Shown: positions 51,450-64,000, counted from the first letter of the stretch. The stretch: 64,000 nt of DNA from Octopus bimaculoides (GCF_001194135.2 NC_068985.1:123942197-124006196); one strand, 5' to 3'. Translations and numbers: made by a program. The notes: generated by a model from the letters alone, not told the origin.

Positions 51450-52689
51450 ATGTTTGCCTGTATTGTGTGTGTGTATGAGTATATTTATGTTTATGTATAT
51501 ATTTGAAGATAGATAGATAGATATAAACTATTTTGAATATACAGTTTTGCGTGAAAATTAGGAAGTAAATGTTGGAATACTTCTGGAAGAGGGTGCTAAA
51601 CGATAGAGAAAAGTGTTTTAATATACTAACCTAACACCGTGTTTTCAAAATAAATTCAGCTGTCATGAGCAAAGACTTAATCACAAGCGTACAGAAAACA
51701 AACTAACGAGTAATTCCCTATGTGGCCGCTTGATCTGCTAAAAATATCAGCCAAATATTTGTCATATTACACCCTCTGCATTTAAAAAATTGGACGGGTA
51801 CGTTAGACAATGTAACCTTGAGTATACTTTGCACAAAAAGGAAAAAAGTGGGATGGTGTCGTGGCTAGAATACCAGTCTTAGTAGGCTTGTTTTTTAAAA
51901 GTGCTGCATGAATAAACAAAAATAATCATTGGTTCATCTGTAGATCGGATATGTGTTTCTTCCGTAACTATTTTACCACTATTTTTGCCGTTTTATTTGA
52001 AACCACGGCTCGACTACCAAAAGCTTTTAGTGTTGGAAGCGTTCAGGTTAGGTGTCCAAACATCAATTCATGTCTTCCTTCCAACTCGAGGGCCAGCACA
52101 GAATCACAGGCACCGTCCATTCCTCCTTTCTCTGATTAAACCATGAAAAAATATATATAACAACATAGAGGCCATCCTCGTCTATCACGTAAGAGACACA
52201 TGCATATACGAACCCATCCCCAAGTCCAGTTCGTATTACATCGTTTCCCATCGAATTTGGGGGAAATACTTTCTTTACATAGAAGGTATTATGAGCAATA
52301 GTGAAACAACAAAGGGAATTTTCACACCTTATGTCTTATGTGTCAAACCGATTTCCAACATTTAGTTGCAGACCATCAACTCGGAGGGTTGTCTCGCTTT
52401 GCTCCACTCTCCTGCCATCACCCAACATACAAATTGTCTAGTACTTCACGTCATTAATGAAAACGATGTAATAAAACATTGAAAGATCGATCGTGAACGT
52501 TACTTTCGGTTAAATAATGTATTCACAGATGACTGGGAGTAGAACATCACAAGTAAGTATTCACAGATTAATGTGAGGAAAACAACACATTACAGAATTA
52601 TTAATGGTGGATATCGATGCAAAATGAGAAAAGGAATGGGTTTTGTTTAAAATTACGGAGAAATCCGCGGACACAGACATACATGCATA

Positions 52690-52742
<53 letters not shown>

Positions 52743-53281
52743 GCACGCACACACATACAACGTGCTAGAAAATAGTGGCAAAATATTGCGGACACAGGAT
52801 ATGTATGCACACAAAAAACACACACACATACTTATACTCACACACACACACACAGAGCCACACACACACGCACGCACGCACACACACACATACACACACA
52901 CATACACAAACATACACACACACTCACACACACACACACACACACACACATTAAGGGTTAGAAAATAGTGGCGAAGTATTAACTATTTCAAAATGTTTCC
53001 TGCAATAGTTGAGTGAGATTTTTATCTGGTGTCAAGAACAGATTCAGTAAAATATTCATTATTGGTGGGTGTGGGAGGGGGAAGGAGATACGCGTGGAAA
53101 AATTTAAAAAAATAAAAATGATTATAATAAAAATAGAATAAACACATTGTCTTCTCCCTGAAGAATATTTTGAATGATAAAACGGTGAATAAATAATTGC
53201 TGAAAGTCCACCAGTCGATAAATTGACTGTAAATTGTCAAATAATTTTGGCGGTTATTTAATTATTTATAAACCAGTTACC

Positions 53282-53757
53282 TAATGGTGGACATTCAGTC
53301 ATTTTAAAGATCGTAGCTAATTTCGCTGAGGTGGAGGAATAGGTGAAGATAACAAATAGTAGTAGTAGTAGTGGTGGTAGTAGTAGTAGCAGTTGTTGTT
53401 GTTGTTGATGTTGTTGTTTTTGTTGTTGTAGATTTTCTCTCCCAATCCAATTTTATTTCGTCTTCTAGCATGAGCTCATAGGTGACTATAGAAACTGAGA
53501 TTTGAAAAATTTGGCGATTTTCTCTGCACAGGATCGTTCAGGATTTTTCAACAATGGTGGCTAGCCTATACTTCCTCGTCTGAAGTTTTTAATACTTTTT
53601 CCTGTCTCGTTCACTGAATTTTCAGCCCAGTTGATAAATCTGTCATTTTCTCTGCCTTTACAATGGTTTCTTAGCCTGAGGAGTGAAAAGACTTTTGATG
53701 AGAAGAGAGCTGATGTGAAGCTTTCGCCTTGACTCACGGCAGTTTTTTTCTAAAATC
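53282..53757. repeat. Copy 2 of the ~460-bp duplication
   Basis: See 50662-51119. Confidence 0.92.
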
Positions 53758-53909
53758 NNNNNNNNNNNNNNNNNNNNNNNNNNNNNNNNNNNNNNNNNNN
53801 NNNNNNNNNNNNNNNNNNNNNNNNNNNNNNNNNNNNNNNNNNNNNNNNNNNNNNNNNTTTACGGCATATGGTGTCAAGAAGTTTTGTCAAATTGAAGAAG
53901 AAAAGGTAA

Positions 53910-54085
53910 TACAGTTCTATATTTAAGAGATGAGGAATTATGTACATTATTTACATTTGACGGATATTTGTCCTCATCTTGTTTGTTGTTCACCCAACGT
54001 TTCGGCTGATATACCCTCCAGCCTTCATAAGGTGTCTTGGGGAAATTTCGAACCTGAGTTCTCATTCCTAAGGTATTTTCCGATG
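53910..54085 (-). mobile_element. Short Penelope-associated (retrozyme-like) element, degenerate hammerhead
   Basis: Reverse complement of 62955-63090; core reads CTTATGA instead of CTGANGA. Confidence 0.7.
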
Positions 54086-54086
54086 C

Positions 54087-54154
<68 letters not shown>

Positions 54155-54419
54155 GTAGTAGGCAAACTTAATGTCATTGGTGCAGACATCCATCACCGAA
54201 TTTTTATGGTTAGATTTATACATCATCAGTCAGTTATTTTTGTTGTTTGTAACGTATGCTATATATGTTTCGTTTAGCATTGTACTATATTATATCAACT
54301 GTTTCCATCATTGTCTATTTTTATGGGAAATTCCAAAGAATATCTACGTTTTTATTTTTACAAATGTTTTCCTGTATAATTTTGTATTGCGTTGTGTGAT
54401 GTAGTGCATTGCAAAACCC

Positions 54420-55140
54420 CTTGTTGAAAGTGCATTTAGATTCTCCTTTAGAAACGCAGCACAAGATAATAAAGAAATCCAGAGGAAAAAAAAGCATTAG
54501 TCAAGAACAAATATTCTAATAAACTTTTATTGCAAGTCATTGAACAATAGAAGGATAAACATACCACAATAAATACATTAGATACCACATCTTTTAGAAA
54601 CACAGAACCTACATATAAGGTGTATCATATGACTGAACTACTCAGTAACTATAGACTAGGCGAACATTATCAAAACTTTATAAAACAGAACACAGAATGA
54701 ATAGATAATACTAAAATCGAAAACCTACTCAACAACTATAGACCAAAAGCAGTTAAATCCACCAACAAACTACTAATGACCAATGTGCTTTATAAATGGG
54801 ATTGTGAACAAGAGAGTTATAAACACTAACAATTATTTTGGTCATACTATAAGGATGCACTCCAGCAGACTCCCTATGCATTAAAAATAAGACCGAGAAA
54901 ACAGTTGTGTATTCAGTACAACGTGTGGAAAAGAGAAAAACCGATCAGGATATATACAATGTGTGCGTGTGAGTGCGTGTGTGTGTGTGTGTGTGTGTGA
55001 GACTGTCTGGACCATTAGCAAACTTCATGAATCTAACAGTTATATTGACCACACTATTACGACGCTCTCTCGCTCGGTAACCATCACTACCACTAAAAAA
55101 TAAAAAGATAAAAACCATAACTCAGTGATGTATTTGGTGC
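54420..55140 (+). mobile_element. Very decayed Penelope-like fragment
   Basis: NVLYK near 54782 and YIDHTITTLSRSVT near 55040 resemble the GIY and YIG half-motifs, separated by a (GT)n tract. Confidence 0.45.
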
Positions 55141-55162
55141 AACTTAAAGGGTAAGTTCGCCG

Positions 55163-55196
<34 letters not shown>

Positions 55197-55732
55197 NNNN
55201 NNNNNNNNNNNNNNNNNNNNNNNNNNNNNNNNNNNNNNNNNNNNNNNNNNNNNNNNNNNNNNNNNNNNNNNNNNNNNNNNNNNNNNNNNNNNNNNNNNNN
55301 NNNNNNNNNNNNNNNNNNNNNNNNNNNNNNNNNNNNNNNNNNNNNNNNNNNNNNNNNNNNNNNNNNNNNNNNNNNNNNNNNNNNNNNNNNNNNNNNNNNN
55401 NNNNNNNNNNNNNNNNNNNNNNNNNNNNNNNNNNNNNNNNNNNNNNNNNNNNNNNNNNNNNNNNNNNNNNNNNNNNNNNNNNNNNNNNNNNNNNNNNNNN
55501 NNNNNNNNNNNNNNNNNNNNNNNNNNNNNNNNNNNNNNNATATATATATATATATAAATATATATATATGGTATGACGCTAAGAAGCGGTGCATGGTGCC
55601 AGAATTTTCCATTCTAGTCACGTATAACAATTTACTCCAAATCGTTGTTAGAGTATCCACGTTAAGTGGCGTCTGGACGGGTAGTTTATAATGGTATCGA
55701 GTCGTGAGTTAGGTCTTACTCTTATATATAAG

Positions 55733-56120
55733 CGCAGGAGTGCTGTGAAGTTAGAAGCTTGCTTCCCAACCACATGGTCCCAGGCTCAGTCCTATTGTAT
55801 GAAACCTTGGGCAAGTGTCTTCTACAATAGCTTCGGGCCTTGTGAGTGGATTTGGTAGTCGGAAACTGAAAGAAGTCTGTCGTATAAATATATGTGTGTG
55901 TACGTTTGTATGTGTGTATGTATGAGTTTGTCCCATACCACAGCTTGACAGCCGGTGTTGGTGTATTTACATCCCTGTAACTAGCGGATCGGCAAAAGAG
56001 AATGACAGTTTATGTAACAGGTTTGAAAAATATGAGTACTAGGGTAGGTTCATTCGACTTAAAAATCCTTCAGGGCAGTGCCCCAGCATGACCACACTCT
56101 AATGGCTGAAGCAAATAAAG
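55733..56120 (+). mobile_element. SINE family B copy
   Basis: gcttgcttcccaaccacatggtcc..accttgggcaagtgtcttctac..gcagtgccccagcatgacc. Confidence 0.82.
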
Positions 56121-56124
56121 ATGC

Positions 56125-56170
<46 letters not shown>

Positions 56171-57819
56171 NNNNNNNNNNNNNNNNNNNNNNNNNNNNNN
56201 NNNNNNNNNNNNNNNNNNNNNNNNNNNNNNNNNNNNNNNNNNNNNNNNNNNNNNNNNNNNNNNNNNNNNNNNNNNNNNNNNNNNNNNNNNNNNNNNNNNN
56301 NNNNNNNNNNNNNNNNNNNNNNNNNNNNNNNNNNNNNNNNNNNNNNNNNNNNNNNNNNNNNNNNNNNNNNNNNNNNNNNNNNNNNNNNNNNNNNNNNNNN
56401 NNNNNNNNNNNNNNNNNNNNNNNNNNNNNNNNNNNNNNNNNNNNNNNNNNNTATACACATACATAGATATATATATATACACATATATATACATACACAA
56501 ACGCACGCACGCACACACGCACGCACACACTTCAGTTATTTACATACACGACTTTAAGCGAATTAGTTCATGCCCTTTCCGATTGTATATCTATTTATTT
56601 ATTTATTTATTTATTTATTTCAGTTTCATCCATCTCTTCGTACAAAACTTACAGAAGCTGAAATCTCCATAAATATTAGATAGGAGGTCTAGAAGTTTTT
56701 TCCGTTCAAAATCGTGAGTAGCTCATGAAAGAAGTAGCGTACTCTCTGGGAGCAATTTTAATAGATATTTGATTAATATCTTGAACACAAATGTATAAAT
56801 GCACACAGATTCACACGCACACACACACACACATACACACACACACACACACAATCGTGTGTGTGTTTAGTTGTGTATGTGCACGCACGACTGTGAGCAA
56901 ACAGTACACTGTAATGGATATTGAAGTTATAAGTATGCATTATAGTTATATAATCATCGTAATTACTTGGTCAGCTGTGACTAAATTCTATCACCTAATT
57001 ACAACTAATCATCTAAAATAATTTATTACGACTATTAATTCTCATGGTATGTAATCTTTCTTTGTATCCGTGCTACAAAACTATTCCGTTACACCGGACT
57101 GATTAAACCGACATTTTACAAATTAGATCATGATTCGCTGCCAGTAATTACTCACAAACGCCATCCGCATGGAAAAACAATAGTTAACTTAGTGTTAACA
57201 TATTCAATACAGTGAATATCAAAATGCAAATAAAAGATAATTATACACCCAGGAAATTACAGTATTAGCTCAATGACTAACTTTAATTAGATTTTTAGAA
57301 TTACCATTAAAATGTAGAACTTATTCCATATTTGTAACTATTCTTCCGCTCTACATACTCTTCATCACCAGTTTATTTTGCTGTATATTTAGACAGTATA
57401 TTCCATTCTGTTTGACAAACAGCGAACATGTCGCTGTTTCGAGCGACAAAAACGTTGACACCATTTTACAAATAAATGTTTCAGTGAAGTTGAGTGTGTT
57501 TATTCATCCTATTTGCTTCAGTGACTGCTGTTGACGTTCATATTTGAGCTGAAATTTAGCCTAATCCACTAGGGCTATGATTAAAGACGTTTCAGCTGTG
57601 GCCATACTATATTTTCCCCAGATATATCAGGTTGAGTAAAAAGTAAGCAACGTTTTAATCCATGAAGAATTTGTACAGGATTTTTGCAGAGTTTTAAATG
57701 TTTTAAACATTTTTTGCAATTGTCTGATAATACAGACACAGACTTGGCCAAATGCATCGTTAAATTAACATTGATATTTTTTCACCGTTGTTACAATCAT
57801 CTATCACCATCATCTCCAG

Positions 57820-59230
57820 GTGCCGGAGAGGCAAGACGAGGGGCCGGTTAAAATGCTAGAGGTTTGGTTTGATCCAGACCTCCAAGTAGAGAAGAATTGG
57901 AGCAAGGTGACGAGCAGAATGATCCACCTAACTTAGACCTGGTCTGAGCGGCAGCTATCCCTGAAAGGAAGGGTGGAGGTCGCAGGAGTGTTTATCGCTT
58001 CTGTGATTACCTACCTCCTAACTGTCGTTTCTTGCCCCCGTTCGTGGCTGATCAAGTTGGAGTGGCTGCTCTCCCTCTTTTTGTGGAGGAGTAGAAGTCC
58101 TCTTGCTACGCGCTGTCTGCTGTCAGCACCCGCTAAAGGGTGGGCTAGGGATGCATTGGTTGTTGATGCGCGGACATGCGCTCAGGCTAAGGCATATGTA
58201 GCTGTACCTGGATGGTTAATAGGTGTGGTCTCCGTTCAAACGTTACATCTTGAGCTTACTAGTTTGAGTGAACTAGGACCTTGGATCAAGTGTAGACCAA
58301 AGTTGGGCGTTTGGCAAGCGGAACGTCATGAGGAACTCAAACTTCTCTCTCGCATGGGCAACGCTAGCGTCGGGGGTTCCACCTCGTCTTTCTATAGAGG
58401 GCTGGTAGAGGCTCAATGTGACGATGTCCTGAGGGAGACTCTAGGCTTCGATGAGGATCAACTAGCCAGTCTGTTCCGAAGGACATTCGGGTCAGGACTC
58501 TTGGATAACCTCCAGTGATCCTTGTCCTGGTAGTATTAACGAGGAGCCTTACCAGTTCGCGATAAACTCGCAAGCCATGGTGCCCCTTGCACACCCACGT
58601 GCCCAAGGTGCGAGCAGTACAGGGAAACCGTTCTGCACGCAATTGTGCAATGCCGCAAAATCTCTGAGATGTGGGTTTACGTTGAACATCTGCAGTCACG
58701 GCTGCGAAGAGTACAACTGTCTTCCGAGTCGATTGCAATGATTGTTCCTCCTGCCTCTTTTAACAAAGAAGGCAAGGCTTGTCTTCTCGCTGTGATCACT
58801 ATAGCGAAAGAAGCGGTATGGAAGAACTGCGTGAAAGGAACCGTGACAGGCACATTCATCTGTAGCCTCGGACTGGTCCATTACCTCATCTACCACCTTA
58901 AGAGGGAAATAATGGTGGAGAGAAAATGCCTGTCACCTTATGTATATGGAAAAAGATGGAAGGCTGTGACGAGTTTGTTGCGAATGAATGAATCCACATA
59001 GTGCATCCATAAGGTTATGCTAAAGGTTACAGTGGTGGCACGGGTCTTGCGCGGTCGAAGCAAAGCCCGTCCCCCACTTCAACTGTTTGTGTATTTGTTT
59101 TATTTATCATTTGTTTATCATTCGATTGTATAAATTTTTAACTTTTCACCTCTGTGTAAAAACCATACGCACCATCGGCCCTCATTTGTACCGTCCCTCT
59201 ATGTTTGGCCCTCTGTGGGCAATAAAGAAA
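57820..59230 (+). mobile_element. L1/Tx1-clade LINE, 5' truncated, decayed
   Basis: WSERQLSLKGRVEV..IASVITYLLTVVSCP..LFLW; CCHC knuckle CPRCEQYRETVLHAIVQC..W; AKEAVWK; 3' UTR ending gccctctgtgggcaataaagaaa. Confidence 0.9.
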
Positions 59231-60060
59231 ACGTTGTTACAATCATCTTGATTTGAACAGACGTGTTTTTTCTGCAGTGAAGCTAAGCACTTGTTGGTTT
59301 TACCTTGTTGTAGGCTTTCTCTTTTGGGATTGCCTTTTGTTTGCTATTGTTTTTGCGTCTTTTGACTCTCTGCCTGCGTTTGCAGACTTGTGTTTATTAC
59401 TGGTTTTTCCTCTTTTAGGAAGCGAAACTTGTGTTTTATGTGAAGTATGGACAGCTTCATGGAGCAGTCACCTGAACTGGAGAGCGACTTAACGGAAGCT
59501 CAAAACACCGAAAGTGCTTACTCGACCATGGCTAAAAGAGGCAGTTACGCGTCAGCAGCCTAAGTCAACAGCAACGGAGTGAGTGTCAGACAGGACAAAA
59601 ACTAAAAAAATACATGGAATTACTACAGAAAGAGGGTCGAATAGGAGATAACCCCCCCACAGAGAAGGTTAGAGAGAGCACCAAGAGGAAAAAATATATG
59701 GTACTGGACCTTTTCACTGGCAACGAAAAAAATAGAGATGGCACCTAAGGATGCTGTCGAAAAATATCTAAGCCAAATTTGGAATGGGGTGAAAATTTTT
59801 TTAAAAAGCGAAACGTTTTCGGACGATGGAGGTGAGGTTTGCTTCAAAAGACGAAGCTTTAAAACACTCTACCACACCCCTGAAGTCGGCAATACTGGTA
59901 CTACTGCCGACTTATCTCGGACGAAGGACATCTAGAATTAAAATTGGGGAAGTCCCTCTTGAAATTGACGAGATGTGATTGATATTAGCAGTAATGTTGA
60001 ACTTAAAAGAAGAAAGAAAAATATTGAAAGCATCCAAGACACAACAACAAAATTGATGAG
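59231..60060 (+). mobile_element. Possible 5' UTR and decayed ORF1 of a second LINE directly after the Tx1 tail
   Basis: T-rich leader followed by purine-rich broken ORF (MAPKDAVEKYLSQIWNGVKIF..EVCFKRRSFKT); resemblance to ORF1 is my recollection only. Confidence 0.3.
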
Positions 60061-60384
60061 ACTATGACCTGGATGTAACAATCCAGGTCACCCCAAGTGA
60101 CCTAGGAGAGATCTCAGATAAAATTATGCGTGTGTGTGTGTGTGTGTCAATTTCAGCATGAACAAGCATGAAAAAACGGGAAAAAAACACACCAAAAAAC
60201 AACGCGAGGACATGGAATATGTATAGTGTTATTGGACGCTCAGGAAAGGAAAGAAAAGAAAGAGGATTTAACGTTCAGATCGGAGATCTTCGTCAGAAAT
60301 ATAGGAAAAGTCCAAAGGAGGGAAGACAGAGAAAGAAAATTGCCAACGATGCACGCGCGGTCACATATTGGAATGTATATACGT

Positions 60385-61626
60385 GTATGTAGATGTATGC
60401 GTAAGGTATTAAATGGTATACCTTTTTTGGAGTCACTGCTGCATTTTTTTATAACTCGGTATAATCTTTGTTTCAGAAAATAATAATGGCAGACCCACAA
60501 GTTGCCCCCAAGAAATGAAGAGGCATGCTGTTATTGTAATTATAAAGGCTGAGCATCGTGATTTAGAAATATCTCAGTTTTTAAAAGTTGCCAGACCTTT
60601 CGTCTACAAAGTTTGTAAGGAGCTAGAGACTGAAGATGGAAACGTATCACCAGTATCAAAGCATAACAATAATTCTAAACACTCTGAAATTATCAGAACA
60701 CCAGAATTTATCCAGCGATTCAACAGACCATTGATTACAATCCCAGAACATCCATAAGGTCAATTGCAAAATATCTCTATGCGTCAGAAGGAACAGTCAG
60801 AAATATTGTCCCCGAAGACATGACATATAAGTCTTATATGATAAGGAAATGTCAATTTGTCAGAAAAAGCAAAAGATAACCACTACATCAAATCTAAAAG
60901 GCTCTTAAACAAACTGAAAAATCCAGCAAAAGAAGATTTGATTTGGTTTTTCTCAAACGAGAAAAACTTTGACGAAGATCCAAAAGTTAACAGAAGAAAT
61001 AACACATTGTTATGTGCAGACCTTTCTGAGGTTCCAAGTGTTATGCATACGAAATTTCCTGCAAATGTCATAGTTTTAGGGGTTGTCAGCAATGAATGGC
61101 ATGTGATGCCTCCTTATTTCTCTCCACAAGGCCTAAGAGTTAACTCTGCCGCCTACATTGACGTCCTGGAAATAATTTTTAAGCCCTGGATAGACAGTGT
61201 ATGCAATGGAAGGCCATGTGTGCTTCAGTAAGACTCTGCACTATCACACATGGCTCTAGTATCACAAGAATGTATGGCCGAAATTTTCACATTAATTAAC
61301 CCCTAACCTTCCTAATTCCCCAGATCTCAATCCATTGGACTATTACATGTGGAGCGTTGCTGGGAGACAGTCGTCAATGAACACGCCCATAACACCAAAG
61401 ATTCTTTGAAAGCTGTCATAGTCAGAGTAATGTCCAAAATGAACCGGGACCAGTTGATTAGATGATTTAGTTTTCATATAGAAGCAGTTGTTGAAGCTGA
61501 AGGTGGCTCGAATAACATTATAGAAAATAAGATTTATTTGAATTCTCATAGCATCTTTCTTATCTGTTATTATATATGGTTTATTTATAAACAAATCTGT
61601 CCTCAAATATCTTACGGCACCCAGTA
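60385..61626 (+). mobile_element. Tc1/mariner (maT/DD37D-like) transposon, near full-length pseudogenised transposase
   Basis: MKRHAVIV..HTH; WFFSNEKNF (D mutated to N); LGVVSNE; Q*DSALSH; PNSPDLNPLDYY; right TIR ends atcttacggcacccag-TA. Confidence 0.88.
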
Positions 61627-62163
61627 TATAATATATANNNNNNNNNNNNNNNNNNNNNNNNNNNNNNNNNNNNNNNNNNNNNNNNNNNNNNNNNNNNNNN
61701 NNNNNNNNNNNNNNNNNNNNNNNNNNNNNNNNNNNNNNNNNNNNNNNNNNNNNNNNNNNNNNNNNNNNNNNNNNNNNNNNNNNNNNNNNNNNNNNNNNNN
61801 NNNNNNNNNNNNNNNNNNNNNNNNNNNNNNNNNNNNNNNNNNNNNNNNNNNNNNNNNNNNNNNNNNNNNNNNNNNNNNNNNNNNNNNNNNNNNNNNNNNN
61901 NNNNNNNNNNNNNNNNNNGTCTATCTCATAAGATACTAGGAGCAGTTTGAAAGATATTTTTGAGACAAGTTCAAGATGGATTCTAGATGTTAGGACTCTA
62001 CTGATTAGCATTGTCCAATGTGAACTTCTTTTCTTAAAGCTGTATGAATTTATTTGAGAAATATTTGTCGGCCTCTTCTAGCAGGCCGAGTTTTCACGTC
62101 GAGGCTTTCTATAGCGAGGTAACACTTCTGAATGACATGGCTGGAAAATTTGAGAGTAAAGGA

Positions 62164-62211
<48 letters not shown>

Positions 62212-62954
62212 AATAAAAATGAAAGAAAGAAAGAAATAAGGGAAGAAATGAATTTGATTGGTGGGAAAGAAGAGGGATGAACGAAAGTAATTAGAAAGGA
62301 ATAACGAAAGAATGTGGAAAAGAAATTTTCAAACAAAAATGAAACCAAGCAAGAAATGTAAAATATAAAAGATATGACAATGAGAGCAAAACAATGAACG
62401 ATAGATAAAGGAAAAAACTGAAAGAGATAGAGAGATAAATCTATAGTAGAGAGGAAAAAAACAATGTCAGGTTTCGATTTCTTTAGTGGACAATCGACAT
62501 TGACAGCTATTGTCCTTGGCAAAACCACGAACGTGCCAACTCTGTATTTTTTACTATATATATCAATATATTTCTTTATTCATTGGTCGCAATTATTGCA
62601 CAGCAGCCATGCTTGGCCAGTAACTTGAAGAGTATTGCTCAAATATTTCGAGATAAAGTGCTTTGTTGTATTCATTATTTGAAATCTGTTTTTTTTTAAT
62701 TGATGAGTTTACTTGAGTTATGTCCCTTGTTAAGAGTTACTTCCCCTAAGTACTGCTTATCACAAAACATTTACACCTATTTACACATCAAGAAGTGACA
62801 CGGACACATAAAATTTATGCATGTGTGTGTCTGTGTGTGTGTGTGTGTGAATGTGTGTGTGCGTATGTATGAGAGTGGGCTGTGAAAGTTTACATGCGTT
62901 AATTTCAACTCATCTTATTAATAACTGGATTGTTTATTTCCAGGTAAACTGATA

Positions 62955-63090
62955 TATAACCCAGGTTCGAAATTTCCCCAAGACACCTGACGAAGGCTGG
63001 AGGGTATATCAGCCGAAACGTTGTGTTAACAACAAACAAGATGAGGACGAATATCCGTCAAATGTAAATAATGTAAATAATGTGATATAT
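62955..63090 (+). ncRNA. Short Penelope-associated element with an intact minimal hammerhead motif (62982-63027)
   Basis: GACAC-CTGACGA-A-GGCTG gagggtatat CAGCC-GAA-ACGT-T-GTGTT: stem I GACAC/GTGTT, 5-bp stem II, palindromic ACGT stem III. Confidence 0.65.
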
Positions 63091-63129
63091 AACTCTTTTA
63101 AGAAAACTTCAAAAGAAACTAGTTGCAAC

Positions 63130-63245
63130 TTCTCTTGAAAATGGACACAATTTATCATTGTGGTGTTATCAAGTTCATGCAGAATAAAGGTTTGGCCTCC
63201 AAAGACATTCATGCTGACATGGATTCTACATTAAGGGACTATGCA
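63130..63245 (+). mobile_element. mariner N-terminal fragment
   Basis: KMDTIYHCGVIKFMQNKGLASKDIHADMDSTLRD resembles mariner R.VIKFL...G.....IH..M. Confidence 0.55.
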
Positions 63246-63376
63246 TGTAAATAAGTGTTTTGCTTAAAATTATTGAAACTCAAACACCAGAAACAAAACA
63301 CATCTTGTAATATTCAGTTTGGTGCCGGGATAGCGGAGAGACAGTCTATACATACCAATACCTAACAGTATTTAAC

Positions 63377-63666
63377 TGTGACCCTTTTACGTTCAGTCCT
63401 AGTAACGATGATCACTTCAACTGTTATCCGCAGCGAGAAGTTTAGACAGTGTCATATGACAACTTGCTGGGGCTACCTACTGGACCCTAGCAGCGGGAAA
63501 TTTAGACAGTGTCACGTGACAACTTGTTGGAGCAGCCTGCTGGAGCCTAGCAACAGGTATAAAAAGGGGAATTTGACATGACAGTCAGTCGGACGCTGGC
63601 ACTCGTTGATGCTGCATCGAAGAGGCCAGGGAATAGAAGAAAGAAGACATGCACCCAACACCAGAG
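63377..63666 (+). promoter_or_regulatory. LTR-like segment: TG start, two 60-bp tandem repeats, TATA box and Inr
   Basis: Repeats at 63431-63490 and 63491-63550; TATAAAA at 63558; TCAGTC at 63585; GC-richer than the flank; cut by a gap. Confidence 0.5.
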
Positions 63667-64000
63667 NNNNNNNNNNNNNNNNNNNNNNNNNNNNNNNNNN
63701 NNNNNNNNNNNNNNNNNNNNNNNNNNNNNNNNNNNNNNNNNNNNNNNNNNNNNNNNNNNNNNNNNNNNNNNNNNNNNNNNNNNNNNNNNNNNNNNNNNNN
63801 NNNNNNNNNNNNNNNNNNNNNNNNNNNNNNNNNNNNNNNNNNNNGGGGGGGGGGGCGCCACGTCAAAACGGTAGAGGAGTAGGGGCCGAAACCGGACGTG
63901 GTTCCTCCTGATGATGTCTTCAGCTAACTGGATCCTAATCCACCAAGGGAAGGTATGCCAGAAGAAAGTAATTCAACAACGCGAGTTGATGAACCGTAAG

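Noticed and set aside
60065-60105. Perfect 10-bp hairpin TGACCTGGAT/ATCCAGGTCA with nearby CTAG
   Set aside because: Reminiscent of a Helitron 3' end or a terminator, but the spacing and the flanking base do not fit and there is no second copy
63431-63550. Direct repeats considered as a CRISPR-like array
   Set aside because: Only two adjacent units with no unique spacers, in a eukaryotic context
63870-63930. GAAACC..GGTT followed by CTGATGA
   Set aside because: The elements cannot be arranged in a valid hammerhead topology; no room for stem I and no stem II partner

Overview
AT-rich eukaryotic, repeat-saturated draft-assembly DNA with 20 N-gaps, most flanked by (TA)n. The repeat repertoire (tRNA-derived and CORE-like SINEs, RTE, CR1-like, L1/Tx1, R4/Dong-type REL and Penelope retroelements, mariner/Tc1 relics, dense microsatellites) is what I would expect of an Octopus (coleoid cephalopod) scaffold; that assignment is an inference. 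No host gene, rRNA, tRNA gene or CRISPR array can be supported. The long ORFs in the track are gap or microsatellite artefacts, and the recognisable coding sequence is decayed transposon. A few weak, unidentified exon candidates are flagged. Most interesting signals: (1) minimal Penelope-type hammerhead ribozyme motifs, one in a 138-bp palindrome with a motif on each strand (4663-4800) and one in a short element present twice (53910-54085, 62955-63090); (2) a SINE subfamily whose 3' 36 nt match the 3' end of an L1/Tx1 LINE in the same window; (3) a cluster of R4/Dong-like REL LINEs at (TAA)n arrays (21.5-25.4 kb); (4) several fold-back structures and an LTR-like promoter with palindromic E-box repeats.
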